This document shows positions 40,378 through 54,091 of a stretch of DNA of 54,178 nucleotides, piece by piece (within the stretch, counting starts at the first letter, position 1; every line of letters starts with the position of its first letter). Source of the stretch: Catajapyx aquilonaris (taxonomy: Eukaryota). The position numbers and the translations under genes are program-made. Location: assembly GCA_000934665.2 (NCBI GenBank), contig JYFJ02002612.1, forward strand, positions 1 through 54,178, given 5' to 3'. The notes under the pieces were generated by a model. It was not told the origin of the DNA and searched no databases. It saw only the letters and a list, made by a program, of their open reading frames with translations.

Positions 40378-43300
40378 TCTGCGTAACTCGTAAAGCCGAT
40401 TATTCTCAGCAGAGAGAGCTTTCGACCAAAAGTGTAATGATTTCTGCTCGAGTTGCTAGTTACTGCGATTCTGCACCGAAATGCCTTTTGTCTTGGTGCA
40501 GTAGAAGCATTTCCAGTGTGAATCCAGGCTGGAACTGGTTGTTGGCCAGAGGGGGTGGTGGTTTGAGGGGGGGTATNGGGGGGTAGGTAGGGGAGTGTTT
40601 AGTTTCACGGGCAATGTTCGAAATTGAGGCCAGACCTGCAGTAAGCTGAGGCATCCGTAATGAAAATTTTGGGACGGTGCTTTTGGAGTTTGCTGCGTTT
40701 ATGCCCACTGGTCACTAATTATGGTGCCGTACTTTTACGTCTCTTTTTCTAGCAAGCCCGGTTTTTTAATTTGTGCGTGGATTGTGCGTTGTAAAAAAAA
40801 CCATTGGGTGCGTTGCTGCTAAATTTGAAATTCTTGTTTACTATTGCAGAGTTAATTTTCTTTTCCGTAAAAATTGGGCGAAGTTTAATAGAACTCGAGG
40901 CCAAACTTCAGACCGCAAATTACGACTTGGCGATTGTTGCCGAAAATGGAGAACAGTCTGGGCTTTGACTAGCACTGCTATAAATTAAGTCATTATGTGG
41001 GTGGAGGTACAGCCCAACATGAAAGCATTCATGTGGTCTCTATCAAAGAAAGCCGCCTGGGAAATTTCTGCACGGGGCTATTTTTGTATGTGAATTTTTG
41101 GCCTAATTTACATGCGCAGTCTGGATCCAAATTAATCCACTACGTGCAGCCCTCACTAGTACTGAACAACAAGTAAATTTTCTTCCCACAATTAAAACAC
41201 ATTACTAGTCCATGCTTAATGCATACTGATCTGATATCTAATGGAGTCTGTGGATCGATGCAAATTTCTGCGCCAAGTAATGAGTAACCTCAGATAGCAG
41301 GCTCCCATCAAAGAGCTACATGAAGAAAACTGGCGGCTGTATGAATCTCTCCAACTGGAAATGATTTGCCAGCAGGAGTCGACTAGGCAAAACTGTGGGC
41401 GGGAATAGAAATTTTGGTGGGGAAAAGGAAAATCAGTCCAGGGAGAGAGCTCTGAATAGCTCCCTTACATATACTGGCTTGTAATTAGGAGCGACATACA
41501 TTTTGCGGCCTCCCTTTTGATAGCAATATTGGCAACAAAAGAGCGGTTCGTCCAAGCACAAAACCAGCACAATTTTTTAAAATCCGCATTAAACTAGCAT
41601 TATGCTACACGCTAAATGTACATGAAAAGTATCCCATGACTTCATCAGACGGGCTTTCACATATATTTGTAAATTTTTTTACCTCACTCTTTTTAGACCT
41701 CGAGGCCCTCACTTTTGTGGCTGTGAATATGAGTCTGCAGAAGCTGAGTATTCCAGCGGGGATCCTCACATTCATCCAACATTTTCGAATCCGACGCTGA
41801 GGTTATAAGCCCCTTTGCCTTCAACTCTGACGCGTCATACTCACGTATTAGAAGATGAAAGAGCTTTATGCTTGGACTTGTGCTTATCAGAGCGCGAGTT
41901 TCTCTCCATCCCTCCCTCCCACCAAAACTGCCTCTACACAAGTCACAAACAAGCCTTCACCCACCAAAATCAAATACTGCAGACTTGCAGGCAGGGCTTT
42001 AAGGGGTTACCCAAATTTCATCTCGCGTGTTCGGGTCTGGGGGAGGCCTTTGCCTGCCGTCTTCAGGCTTAATCTTAATTGGGTTTTTGGCGCCCGCCCT
42101 GTTTAGCGTTTCAATAATTCAGGGCGCAAGCGCAGCTTCTTTTTCTGCAACTAACTAGAGAGAAATATTTATGAGGCAAATCACTACTGCTAAAGCACTG
42201 GGAAGGTCTTTTAAGTGGGGTGAACTAAAACCGAGCTTGGACAAAAAAAACAGGGTCAATTTTTTGCTTGTTTAACTGTAGTACTTTCCAGCTCCTTAAC
42301 TAGAGTGTCATCCGTTGTGTATGACGCTCAATTTGCGACTAAATTGTACCTGGCAAACAGCTCTAACGATGTGATGGGACTAAGATACTGGCCTCGTAAG
42401 GCTCCGGATCCTAAGGAGAAGAGAAGTCCTAGCACCTCTTCTCAGGAGGACATTACTGTACGTTTCAGGAAGATTTGCAAGAGCGGGCAAAGCCTAATAG
42501 TGCTGAAAAGTACATCCTGAGGAAGGATGCAGAATAATCCAGGATTAATTCAACTTGTAAATAAATCGAGCGTTCTTTTTGAGGAGGAATGGATAAAACG
42601 TGAGGAGGGTGCAGAATCAAGGTTTAGGTTCGCAAAAAACTATATATACCGCGTGTGGGTGCGTTTAGACTGAGACGAATGGACAGGAGGCGAAAAGGAA
42701 CACCCAGGGAGTGAGTAAAGAATCTATACATCTTCCTTGCTTCCACAATCTATTCCTGCGGAGCCCCGGAGAGAAAATGTGCTTTTTGTGTTCCAAGTGA
42801 GCGACTAAGAAAAATGCCAGTGGTCCAAGTCTTACGACCTGCTTGCACTGGGAAAAAAGGAGACTTGGCATTGATTTTCTGGCTGATCAATCAAGTGTAA
42901 CCATCTCTTGGCCAAGAACCCCGTGCACTTACACCGATAACCTCTCCACACCATTACATTCGTTCAGATTCTTTACAGCTTTCCAAGATGATTATGAATT
43001 CAGCGGGAGATTTTAGGAAACCGGATTTATTTTTTGCCGGTTGTAAAATATTTTTTGTAGACACGTGCTGGCATGTATGCCTGTAATTTATGACAACAAA
43101 ACACAATTTCACGGTTGTTATTGTCGGGTTAAGGTCCGTCATGAAACTAAGAGAGTTATTGGATTTTAGGGTGGCGCCAAAAGTCGGTTTTTGTGGAGAC
43201 GAAAAGTTTTTTGGCCGGGTATTTTTTATTCTTCAGGTACAAATTATATTAAGAAGTTTGTGACTCTTAGAAAGCCATTTCCATAATGGCATTTCCGTTG

Positions 43301-46300
43301 TTTGCTTTCGCAGTCTTACAAAATCTTACCACGCAAAAAGGGAGGGGGGTAGAAAAATTTGAGTGGCTATGAAAGACTTTTGTGTCCGTAAAAGTTTTTT
43401 TTTCCAACCCTGAGTTTGCATCTGCTTCTTATTACAAACCTTTTCCTCGGGCGCGAAAACAAATTGTTTGATCAATCCCTCTCCCCTTTTTATAACCTGG
43501 GGTCCACGGCCCCCTCTAACTTGATTTAGAGCCCATGATGTTAGGGAACGTCTTCTGTCATCCCAGAGTTAAAATCCTCTAAATCCTACCCCCAAAAGTA
43601 TCGAGCCATGGAGACAGGAAAAGCGAAATTCACCAACCGCGGCCATAGCAGCATGGGTCGTTTGTTTCAATTAGGAAACAAAGAAAGCAGCCAAGACGAA
43701 GAAGACAAAAGAGGTGTGAATGCAATTGCTCGTTGCTTCAACCCCGGACCTAAAACTTGTTACATTCCGTACACCGTCTGCCTGAGGCTCTTTTGTTGCC
43801 GAGCTGTATAAATGAATAGAAAATGCGGGAGTTCCATGGAAGTTGCCTTTTCTAACAAAGGGATGTGGGCTGGAAATAAATTACTGAAGATGAAACTTGA
43901 TTCTGATTTTTTCAGATGTTGATAGTTTCACACTGATTCGTTATTACTGTAGTTTCCTTAAATCATAACATTTTGGTAGTTTTGCCCAAATGTTTAGTCA
44001 GCATAACCAAATGTTTGGCAGGACCTTCCTATTTTATTGACTGAATGATTATTATGGTTCGTTCAACCTTCATGACGTTGATATTTTTTAGACAACTACA
44101 CCTGTTTACTCAACCTATTCATTATGGTGTTCCTTCAGAGAGCAACCTACTGATAACTTGAAGAAGTCCCCAGAGATATCTGAAAGGGTTTTTTTGGGGT
44201 TCTGGAAGTCGGGTCCGAGAGAAATGTTTGTTTTGTGTGGAGGTCCCAATTATCCGCGGCGTCCTGGTTGAAAAGGCGGTCATCCTGAATTCCCCCGGAG
44301 AAACCGGAGGGAGCCCCCCTCCGGAACATTCATCACTAGTCGCATCCCAGGCCCGCCCAGGGGGGGGAGAGAAAATAGAATTATTTTCAAGGAGAGGGCG
44401 GCCATTGAAGTGGGTCGGACACCCTCGCTCCAATGGAAAAGACCGCGGCCTCTGCAAGAAAGAGAAGAAAAGACTCCATCTTAAATCAGGAAAGGGGTCT
44501 TTGGGGCCCGGGCAATTGCACGGATTGCGAGACGAATGAAGCAGCGCCAAGAAAGAGAGGGCTTAGGGATCGTCTCTATATTTTTTTCGCTCCTTTTCCT
44601 TCTTTTCTACGGACCTACTGAGGATTCACCACCAGTCTTCTCTCAGAGATCCGGAAAGTAAAGAAGAAGAAGAAAAAAATCTGTGGTGGAAATAACAAAG
44701 CGGGATAAGCTGATTCTTAGAAAACTCCAGGGAGCGAAGGCCATGCGGAAATAATGACCTTTTATAGTGGCTGACCTCAGAAAAGGATACTGCAATTTGA
44801 TAGAGCATGGAGCGAAAAAGTTGCCAAATAATTTATGAACAATGAATTATGTAGCCTGCTATGGCAAAAAATGGGATAGTATCCATCAATACTAGTCCTA
44901 TTTTTAGAGTTCCAAATGGCACCACCATTGTTGTCCATTACTAATCAAGTTACAAGAAGTTCTGAGCAATTGACTGCTTGCTTTCTATTCTTATAATAAA
45001 TGTCCAAAATATTAAAATTATTTTACTAACATACCTTAGGAAAGAAAAAAGGGGTAACACTTCCTGCTACAAAAACTGCTTTTAAACTTCCTCTAATTAA
45101 TATTCCTGCTATCTCATTGGATGACCGACTCCTAAAAAGTCGACTTTTTATTTTTCCTCCAAAAAAATGAATTTTCATTTCATATGAACGGGGGTCGTAT
45201 GTCCCGGCTTCATCTTTTCACCGGCTGCACCTCTCTTTCATTTAGTGCTTGTAGGGGCCCTGTGGTAATTTTATGCAAATGACACCCGTTGCATCGACTT
45301 GCTAATAAGCACGCAGACAAACGACTTGAAATTCTTCGAGTGTTGCTCTTCTCTCATATAGGCCACGGTTTGAAAACTGAAAAAAGAGCAAATCATTTTC
45401 AAGTCACGAAGTCTTCTTTTGTTTACTAATTTTTCACTGTTCACTGTTGGGCTTTGTGTTGTTGGTGGCATACGAAAAGGGGTGGACATAATCTAAAACT
45501 CCGGGTGATTAATAAGCTCCTGCCCCGATGATAAGACCTTTAAGTGACCAATTATGGCACCAGAATCTATTATTGCATCTAGCCCTCCAGGCACGTCCAT
45601 CGACTTTTAAAGAGCAAGCATATCATCGCGGAAAGTTTGGCAACTGGCCACGAAACCCCTCACCTCCCAGCAGATATAATTTTTTCTCGTCCATATTTGG
45701 GAGGATGGGAGAGAGGTGGAAGGATTCTGCTCGAAAAGACCAGATGCCCCCACACGATATCACAAAAGGTTGCCATAAATCTTTGGAATTAATTCCGTTA
45801 TATATTGTGTTATTGAATTCCTGGCTGGTCCATTGCCATTCGGCGAGATATCGGCAAAGAGATTCTCTTTACGACCGCTGGGTTGGAAGCCTCCTCGGTC
45901 ACGCGACTATAATATAATGTGAAGCACAATAGTGCTGTAAAGCAGAGGAGGGGAACCCACTCTGATACTATTAAAAAATAGAAAACCTGCCGAAAACAAT
46001 GGAAAAGCGGAATATTTTGGCTGAATTATGCTTTCATTGCGGTGCTACCGGAGTGAATTACTACTCTCCGGCATATTATTTGGGCCTGTTGTATTATGAA
46101 CCGCATTGTTTTGCGATGTTCCGAAATTTACATGGTCAAAAGGTGAAATTGTGTTCTTGTGGCAAGTCATGTCTGGTTAGAATTCAGCGGGAAAAAATAT
46201 ATGCTGGAGAGATTTGAAATCACATTATTTTGGGAGCAATTTTTTCCTCTTTTGTATATGGAATAAAGCGGGCTGGGAAGGAAATTATATTCGTACAATA

Positions 46301-49300
46301 CAAGACCCTGTATGAGTTACAAGCCTGGTTCTATCTTTTTATGGTATTGGTATACCTACCCTCCGTTCATTAGTCGCCTGCTACGAGGCCAGTAACCGCT
46401 GAAAGGGCTTTTAGTTAATTAAAATTTGCACCTTGCCACAGAATTGAACCGTCTACCCCCACTTTTCTTTTGACTTTCAGAAAGCATTCCGACGGGAAAA
46501 GCACTGAACCTAAAGCCTTTAAAGTCAATATTGCACAAAAATATGACGGCCTTTCATCTACTCGGCCACTTATTTGGAGGGGAAAAAAACTGCAGCCTGT
46601 TCTGAACAAATTGGTTCTTCTGGCACAATCTGCGGATTTTCAGTAAGAAAAGCAATCTGTGCCTGAGGCCGTCGAAGTGACCAAGTGGGTCACGTTTTCG
46701 GAAGAAAAAATGGCGATTTATGTTAATATTATTTGAATTTATTGGAATCAGCCGGAATGAGCCACGTTTGCTCCGTTTTCTATTATTTTTTAAAAATTGC
46801 TATTATTTGAAGAGTGGAAATGCCAAAGGCTCTAAGTGCCAAAAATCTTGAAGGGAAATAATTGAGTTTATTTCAAATAAGAGACCATGCGCACATATAG
46901 CCATCTGTGAAATACCTTCAGTACCACGAATTTTATTTTGCACTTTGAGTCTATACTGTACGGGACTATAGTGGTTTTAAGAGGAATTAATTTCTACACA
47001 TTTTTCCACTCTCTATATAAGAACAATATTCCTTTGAAGCTACATTCATTATTAGAAAGTCAAGCCACCTAATACGTTAGAGTGAAAATTTTGTAACTCC
47101 TGTTAAATTGTAATGCTCTCTTTCCATTTACACCCCCCACTTTATAAAATTTGCAACAGTAAGGCTTTCGTGAGCAAGGAAGAGTATCTGTCCCGGCGCC
47201 AAATTAGATCCGTGTAAAAGCCATAGCCTTCATTCTGCGGTGAGAGCCAGGCTTCTATTGGATGTTAAATGAAGTGCATGGGCACATTTCGCTTGTTTCA
47301 AATAACTCCACACAGGGAGGCGGCGAGTGTCTTGTTTCCTTAAGAGCCGGTGCGGCAGAATGAAGTGTGGAGTGGTAAGCATCCTGAAGAAGAAGAAAAA
47401 AATAAGGAAGAAAAGGAGGGTTCTGCAGCTCCCAACAATACCACCCCATCCCAAACCAGCAGCATAAAAACCCATCTAATCCATCGATCGGCTACGTTCA
47501 TTGTACAAGCTGCAACCCAAATGTGGGCCCGTTCTCTATACGATTCCTACGAGGTGAGAAAAGTTTGGCGCTGCCTTCCAAGAAGACCGTAAACGTGATG
47601 AATAGAGGGCACGTAACCATGATGGATGGTTATCTGCACTCTGCAATAATGGTTCCCAACACGCTAACTACCCGAAACCCCTAGTCGTTTTATCACTCAG
47701 AAACCCGACGAGTTCTCGCGCCCTCTTGCACACTGACATCAGCCACCTGTAAATCTTTTTCGCCTCTTTCCACCAAAAGGGGGAAGGATATGGGGGTGGG
47801 CCACACACACAAAAAAAATAACAGAGGACACGAAAGCCACCAGTTGGCCACACTACCCAATTGACAAAGCGTGGCCGAGGTTATACAGCCATGCACAATC
47901 CCATGTGGCTTAAGAAATCTGTTTGCTTTTATAGCCCGGATTTACTACTTGGAGGCCGATTCCCCTGCCGCCATTTATCTTTCAAGTGTGTAAGTTTGTT
48001 ACGAGAAAGTGCCTGGCGGTGCGTTTTTCCCCGAGTTAATAAAGGGGATGGAGGTATCTCTGGAGCCCCTGGGAAGTACACTGTGTGGTGAACAACAGTT
48101 GTGGATATGTTGTCTAGTGTCCAGGATGAATAAGGACTCGGCAATAAATCGACTGGTTGCTGCAACCCCGTTAGTCTCGATAATATTTTACACGCCCCTG
48201 TACAATCTGTATTCAACAAGCAGCGTTCACTCAGCATAATTGGGAACATTTTGACATACGTGAGAGAATCGGCCTGTTAGCCATGTCACATTCAAAAGCC
48301 AGCATTAAAACTGAATGCCCCTCCCACCCTCCCCCCTATACTCTTTTATCACTATTCTAGCGCAGCATGTACTCGTATAGCTATCGTACCGCATATTCGT
48401 CAATCAAGTGTGCCATTGGCGCAGGTCCAATAAAATCCAATTCTGCGGAGGAAATTTCAGAGGCCCCCGCTTGAATGCAATTACGCACATCTGAAGGGCT
48501 GGGCCAAAAATACGTGCTGAGAGGCGCCCACTCTAAGTGAATCTTGTTCAACAATGGTGCCTTAATGGCGCCCAGATCGAAAAAAATATAATGTATAGAG
48601 AGAGAGATGGGAGCGGTACTATAATTTTGATGTGAAGCTCAATGCATGCAGCACATGGCAATTGGATTGTAGCAAGGATTAACGCGTTACCTCGGTTGAC
48701 GTGGACTGTCCACAACGCTCGGGATTCTAGGGGAAAAGCAGGATTTATAGGTCGCGGATTCAATTGACATTGGCAGATCTACATGTTGTAACAGTCTTTA
48801 ACCTTTTGGCGCGGGCCCCAATCCTCTTATGGCATTAATGAATATTTGAAGCTCCCTTCGTACCATCATTGTCCTCCTTTCTCGTTTTTTTTTACGGTGG
48901 AGGACCTAAATTTATGCCGCATTCTTCCAGCCTCGGGTAAAGTGATCGCATCCCATCACGCCAGATATGCCTTCTCTGTGTATTCTGACGTCAATTCTTC
49001 ACACCGCTCCATCTTCGTGGGCGTTATTCACGCCTCCGGCCGAAATATGGCCCTGGATCTTGAGCCGATACCTTGGGAGCCTCTCGTTAATCATTGGCCG
49101 AGCTGCGATTACTGTCATCTCATTTTCGAGGAAGGAAATGGTAAGGGAGGAGCCTGAGGGTTGGATAAAAAAATAGGGAAGTGCAGAGCCCACACTCTAT
49201 GAGAAGGGGGGGAATCCGGAATTTTTTAGCTTAAAAGGTCAGGCAGTTTAGGACACAAAACACGATCTATTTTTTATTGGAATATTTAATCCTGTAACGG

Positions 49301-50890
49301 GTCATGTAATATTTATCTGCCAGGCAAAGTATGCGTTGCTTGCATCATCGGGGAAGGGGCGGATAGAATGTCAACCCCATGTTATTGAGCGTTATACTAC
49401 ACGTATAAGCTGATGGTATTGAACCTACCTCTATTTACAAATTGACATCTGGTTTTGTTCGGGTATTGAGTGACTGGGGGTGTAGATTCTAAGGANGGGG
49501 GGGGGGGGTAGGAGAAGGAAGTGGTTACGTTTCATGAATTTTCACCAGGGTCTTGGCAGACGCTTGGAAAATCCCGAGGGAGGAAAAGCCTCTTCCTGGT
49601 TTGTCAATGGTGAGCGCCGTCGGAGCTGTTATCAACCGCAAGCAGTTGAGTAAGCTCACCTACCCCTCTTCATCTACAATGCTAAAGTGAAGAACCGATG
49701 CACTTTTTTCTTCCACGCTTCTCTTTTCTGAGGGGGAGGATACGGCCCTCGATTTTTAAGCCACCATCCTGACAATTTCATGCAAAGTTGGTTCAGAATA
49801 TTCCCCTTTTTTTCTTTAAAAAAATATATCGAGCACCTGAATTTAACCTTCCGGTTTTAATCACCACAAGATGCACATACTCCCACATTGAAAATTCAGA
49901 GTCAGCCTCTCCTGCAGGCATAAAGAGGGAAGAGTTGAAAATTGCTCATTGGGTTGGAATGACACTCAGCAAATCCGTCAGGTTGATTTTTCTCCCCGGG
50001 CTTCCGCTGGATTCCGGTTCAACTGCATAAGCAGAGGAGGTCGTAGGAAAAAAGAGCAGATGCAGCATCTTCACCTGAAGGAACCACTTTTTTTTTTGGC
50101 AATGTGACAAGAGAGATGATCCAGACTCGAGAGTCGGGCGGGCGCCAAAGCATTACTGACTTCCAGATGGCACTTAAAGGGAGACCTCGTTTACGGATTA
50201 TGCTCTTCTGCTGACTGCATGCTAAGGACTGCCAAAAATTTTCTATTGTTGTAGCCGCGAATTGATCTGCAATGGTGCGATTTTACCCTTAAACTTTTGC
50301 GTGAAAAAGTCGTAAAATGTAGAGCTGGCAATATTCATGTCAAATATTCATGTGTAATATTGACGAAACTTTGGCTGAAGTTCGAGAAGAAAATTAGTAC
50401 TCAAGTGGAGTCCGGCAAGGCAGCGTATACCAGAAAGCCTTGGAGGCGGGCTTGACTCTTCCATTACCATATCCGACGCTGCCAATAGCTACAAGATTAA
50501 TGGAAGGGACTTCTCCCTCGAAAAGCTGAGATTATATCGAAAAAAGGGGGAAAAGGGCTAAAGGAGGTGGCAGAGTCTATTGACATTTTACCAGCATGGT
50601 TGGTAGTCGGTGGCCATGGACTCGATAAGAATTCTACCTTTTGCTGCAGGATACGTTCATTTCCTGTAAAACCCCAGCCTGAACATCGATCTGGTGCTGG
50701 AGCACTGTACGTAAATCATATGTACCAGAGTGTGTGTTGTGGTTTTGAAAAGCGAGAGTGTGCTGGGAGAGCAAGCATACCAATTAATATGCATTGGATT
50801 CTAAACACATTGTGACAGCAGCGAATCATCTGTTGGGCAGAGAAATTTTTCATCTCTCAACTTTTTCTCTCTTCTCTCTTTTTTTTCCAG

Positions 50891-51035
50891 CCGCAAAGCC
50901 CCAATTAATATACAAATTTATTCAGCAAACCCTCCAACCGGGGCCGTACGTTTCTTTGAAGTGTATTGCAACGGGAAATCCCACCCCACAAATCAAGTGG
51001 AGTTTGGATGGGTTTCCTCTTCCGCAGAATGACAG
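50891..51035 (+). CDS. Dscam: Dscam exon 9: N-half of Ig5
   Basis: Long pyrimidine tract then ttccag| ... CAG|GTAAT, phase 1-2. Encodes AAKPQLIYKFIQQTLQPGPYVSLKCIATGNPTPQIKWSLDGFPLPQNDR. Confidence 0.97.
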
Positions 51036-51506
51036 GTAATTAGATATGTACCATCTCCTCCTCCATTCGAGCTGACGAATGCATCTCGAGATTAAGCCCA
51101 GGGAGAGGCTAACCTTATACAGATTTTGTGATTGGAGGAGGTTTTTTTTTGCATGTAAAAAATTCTATTCAGTTTGGGTTGTCATTAATTCTGCATGCAT
51201 TAATTGGGTTGAGCAAAAGCATGGCAACGTTGGCCCTTCCAGGAACCTGGAGAAAGTTCAATGGGTCGTATTATGGCTGGAGAGAGAGAGGGTGGGGGTT
51301 ATTGATTGGCCAAAACTCCAGGCATTCTTTTCCAGACAAGGACTTCTCGTAATCTGGCCCATTGTAGGAAGCTCTGTATGGAAGGGCTCGGCACTTTAAA
51401 ATTAGACCCAGGGTTTGGAAAGCTATTGATTCGTATGAGAAGGGCGTCTTACTGGCCAAATAATTTATTGCTCCGATCCATCTTTTTCGTTGCAAACCAT
51501 CTGCAG

Positions 51507-51658
51507 GTTCATGATTGGCCAGTACGTCACAGTCAACGGAGATGTCATCAGTCATGTCAACATCACCAGCGTCAAAGTGGAGGACGGTGGGACATACGAA
51601 TGCACATCTGTCAACCGGGTCGGAACAAATACTCACAAGGCCTATTTGCACGTTTACG
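51507..51658 (+). CDS. Dscam: Dscam exon 10: C-half of Ig5
   Basis: ctgcag| ... ACG|GTAAGT, phase 2-1. Encodes FMIGQYVTVNGDVISHVNITSVKVEDGGTYECTSVNRVGTNTHKAYLHVY(G). Confidence 0.97.
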
Positions 51659-51673
51659 GTAAGTACATAAGTC

Positions 51674-51724
<51 letters not shown>
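51674..51724. repeat. (AAT)n microsatellite, left flank of the LINE
   Basis: Perfect AAT run starting 15 nt into intron 10. Confidence 0.97.
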
Positions 51725-51726
<2 letters not shown>

Positions 51727-52161
51727 AACAACAACAACAACAACATCACGACATTTCCCTATGAGGGGTAGTCAGCGATGAAGGGAGATGCAAGCTAACC
51801 CAACATATGAACTAATAAAACACATGAGAAAGAACCTAAAAACAACCTGTCCCACCCCCCACCCCTGCCCACCTCAGACATCACCTTATCCTCAGACATA
51901 TTTACCTATTTACCCATTAATTAACCTACGCCATTTACACCTATCCAAACAAACAACCCTAGCCTCAGCCACGTCCATGGTCCTATTGACACAAGAACGT
52001 CTCGGCTTAACACTAGCAACACCCTTAAGACACTGACCCACCTGGTCCAACCATGTCTTCCTAGGCCTACCCTTGCCCCTCTTACCAACTACTCCACCCA
52101 AATAAACCTTCTTCACAATCTCCTCCTCCTTCATCCTCTCCACATGGCCAAACCACCTTAG
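51725..52161 (-). mobile_element. 5'-truncated RTE/BovB-clade LINE (ORF C-terminus, 3' UTR and (TTG)n tail)
   Basis: Minus strand reads LRWFGHVERM...KRGKGRPRKTWLDQV...MDVAEARVVCLDRCKW, the conserved RTE C-terminal motifs, with a stop at 51910. A 3' stem-loop (gac..ccct/aggg..gtc, 51750-51773) and a TTG-repeat tail follow. Confidence 0.9.
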
Positions 52162-52162
52162 A

Positions 52163-52195
<33 letters not shown>

Positions 52196-52217
52196 TAATA
52201 ATAATAATAATAATAAT
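52163..52217. repeat. (AAT)n microsatellite, right flank of the LINE
   Basis: AAT run with a single T interruption. Confidence 0.95.
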
Positions 52218-53864
52218 TGCGCAGGTGAAACTGCAGTAGCACCTCTTAAAAATAGGGCGGGCAAATGTACTGTACGTTTTACATTACATGGTGGGATGTG
52301 CAATTTGTATCCAATTATCGCTAACTAATTTACGCATGGTATTCACATTACCATTCATTAAATTTTCTAACCAGCTGACCACATCTAATTACCATTCCAC
52401 CATGAAGCAGGATGGACAGCATGAGCAAGTTCAAAATGACGTGCCCGCAGTGACCACTCTTTTGGTCACAACATTTTTTCCAGTACTGGTATTTGGAATC
52501 TCACTTTTTTTTCAACAAAAATTTCGATCCAGATATACGAGTCCGAGCCTTCTGGATTGGTTAAAAAAAGGATTGAAAGTCAAGCTCTCCCGCTTGTGCC
52601 GATCAATTCTGACAATCAGATAATCAATCTTGGTATTCAGGGTCGCTCGGCTGCCTCCAATCGCAGACGACATGTCCGGAAGACTTGAGCCGTGGAATGG
52701 AAACGGCGCTGCATTCCAAACAGGTCTTCCCAATGGTGTACGTAACTTATTCCCTCGCTAACTGACTAACTAAATGGGCAAGATACACCATTTGATTGGA
52801 TTAAAAGTGGTCTCTTTGCGCCAGTTCCAACCGGCTATGTTGGCAAGCCCTGGAAACAAGTTGTCTCGCACAATCAGACGTACAATGGTCTGAAGATATA
52901 TAAAATTTCCAGTGATTAATTACACCTCGCCGTAACAATTATTCTGTCTTTAGCCGAAGACCATTTTTCAACCTGGGAGATAAAAGAAAGTTTCATTAAG
53001 AAGCTGGAAGAGAGATCTTTCTGGAGCGATATGCCTGCAACAAAATCTTGGGAGGCCCACGGACTCACGTGCGGAGGGTTGAAGGCCCGCAATCTCGTGT
53101 GACTGATCTCCGCGAAATTTGGTACAAGCAATCAGCCTTCCGTCTTTCCAGAGAACATCAATCTTTAGGACAGATCCGTCTATCCTCAAGTACTATTTGC
53201 CGAGGGGGGAGAAAACGGAGACCCGATTTTCTGATGGAAAACCGAGTCTGCTTGCTTGGAAATGTTGGAAGTTGGCTATATGACGAGGTTTGCTTTTTGT
53301 CTGATCCCGCAAAATTCCGTCACTTAACATGAGGCTTGAAGTATGTGCATATATAGATGCAATTGCCGTTTTGACCCCAAGTTCTGCTCTCTTAATATGA
53401 GCTAAATTTCCTTTTCAATCTTATTATGTCCCTTAATTGATTCATGATTGGACCAAATCTGATAAAGCCGCGGTGCTGGCGGACACGGAATAATGGCCCT
53501 GTGTGTGTGTGACATGCCCTTTTCCGCCAAAGCAGAATGAAAGTGCGGTCAGAGACCAGCACGCGCCGCCTGCAAAGTGGCCTTTTGAAGCAAACCCTCG
53601 GGCCGGAATGGCCCAGGTGAAGAAAACCGTCTCTCGTTACCAGGTAGCGAGACCTGAAATTTGAGGCCTGTGCCATGCCTGGTACCGTCGAGGAATTCCC
53701 GTATAGTCGAGGACTGGTGGGGTCGATTGTCCTAAATGTATTAAAACAGCCAGAGCCCCACGAAATTTCCCAGAGCGCTAGTATACTTCACCTGGCTAAT
53801 GTGAAGCTTTTCGTGCCCGAGCTGTACCAGAGCTCTACTGGTCCAATCCTGCATTTCATTTGCA

Positions 53865-53868
<4 letters not shown>

Positions 53869-53901
<33 letters not shown>
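53869..53901. repeat. (GA)n microsatellite
   Basis: Perfect GA run. Confidence 0.97.
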
Positions 53902-53902
<1 letters not shown>

Positions 53903-53928
53903 AGCCCTGGCCATGGGATTACACCAAC

Positions 53929-54009
53929 CTGTGTCAAAGCTTTAGAAAACTTGCGTCCGACCGTAATCNCTGTGTCAAAGCTTTAGAAAACTTGCGTCCG
54001 ACCGTAATC
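53929..54009. repeat. Exact 40-bp direct duplication around a single N (probable assembly join artefact)
   Basis: 53929-53968 is identical to 53970-54009, separated by n at 53969. Confidence 0.85.
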
Positions 54010-54091
54010 CCATTTGTCTTTCGTGTACTGGCCATGTCATTATCCACAAACGTGATTCTGAACCCTGCCGTACCCTGTCTCTTGTCAACAG

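Noticed and set aside
44228..44539. ORF segment VLVEKAVILNSPGETGGSPPP resembling an Ig B-strand and GxPxP motif
   Set aside because: It lacks the Ig Cys and Trp and has no good acceptor. The GSPPP comes from a short GC hairpin (ccggaggg/ccctccgg).
53565..53610. agcaaaccctc...gggccg similarity to exon 9
   Set aside because: An 11-nt match without extended peptide similarity or splice sites; compatible with chance.
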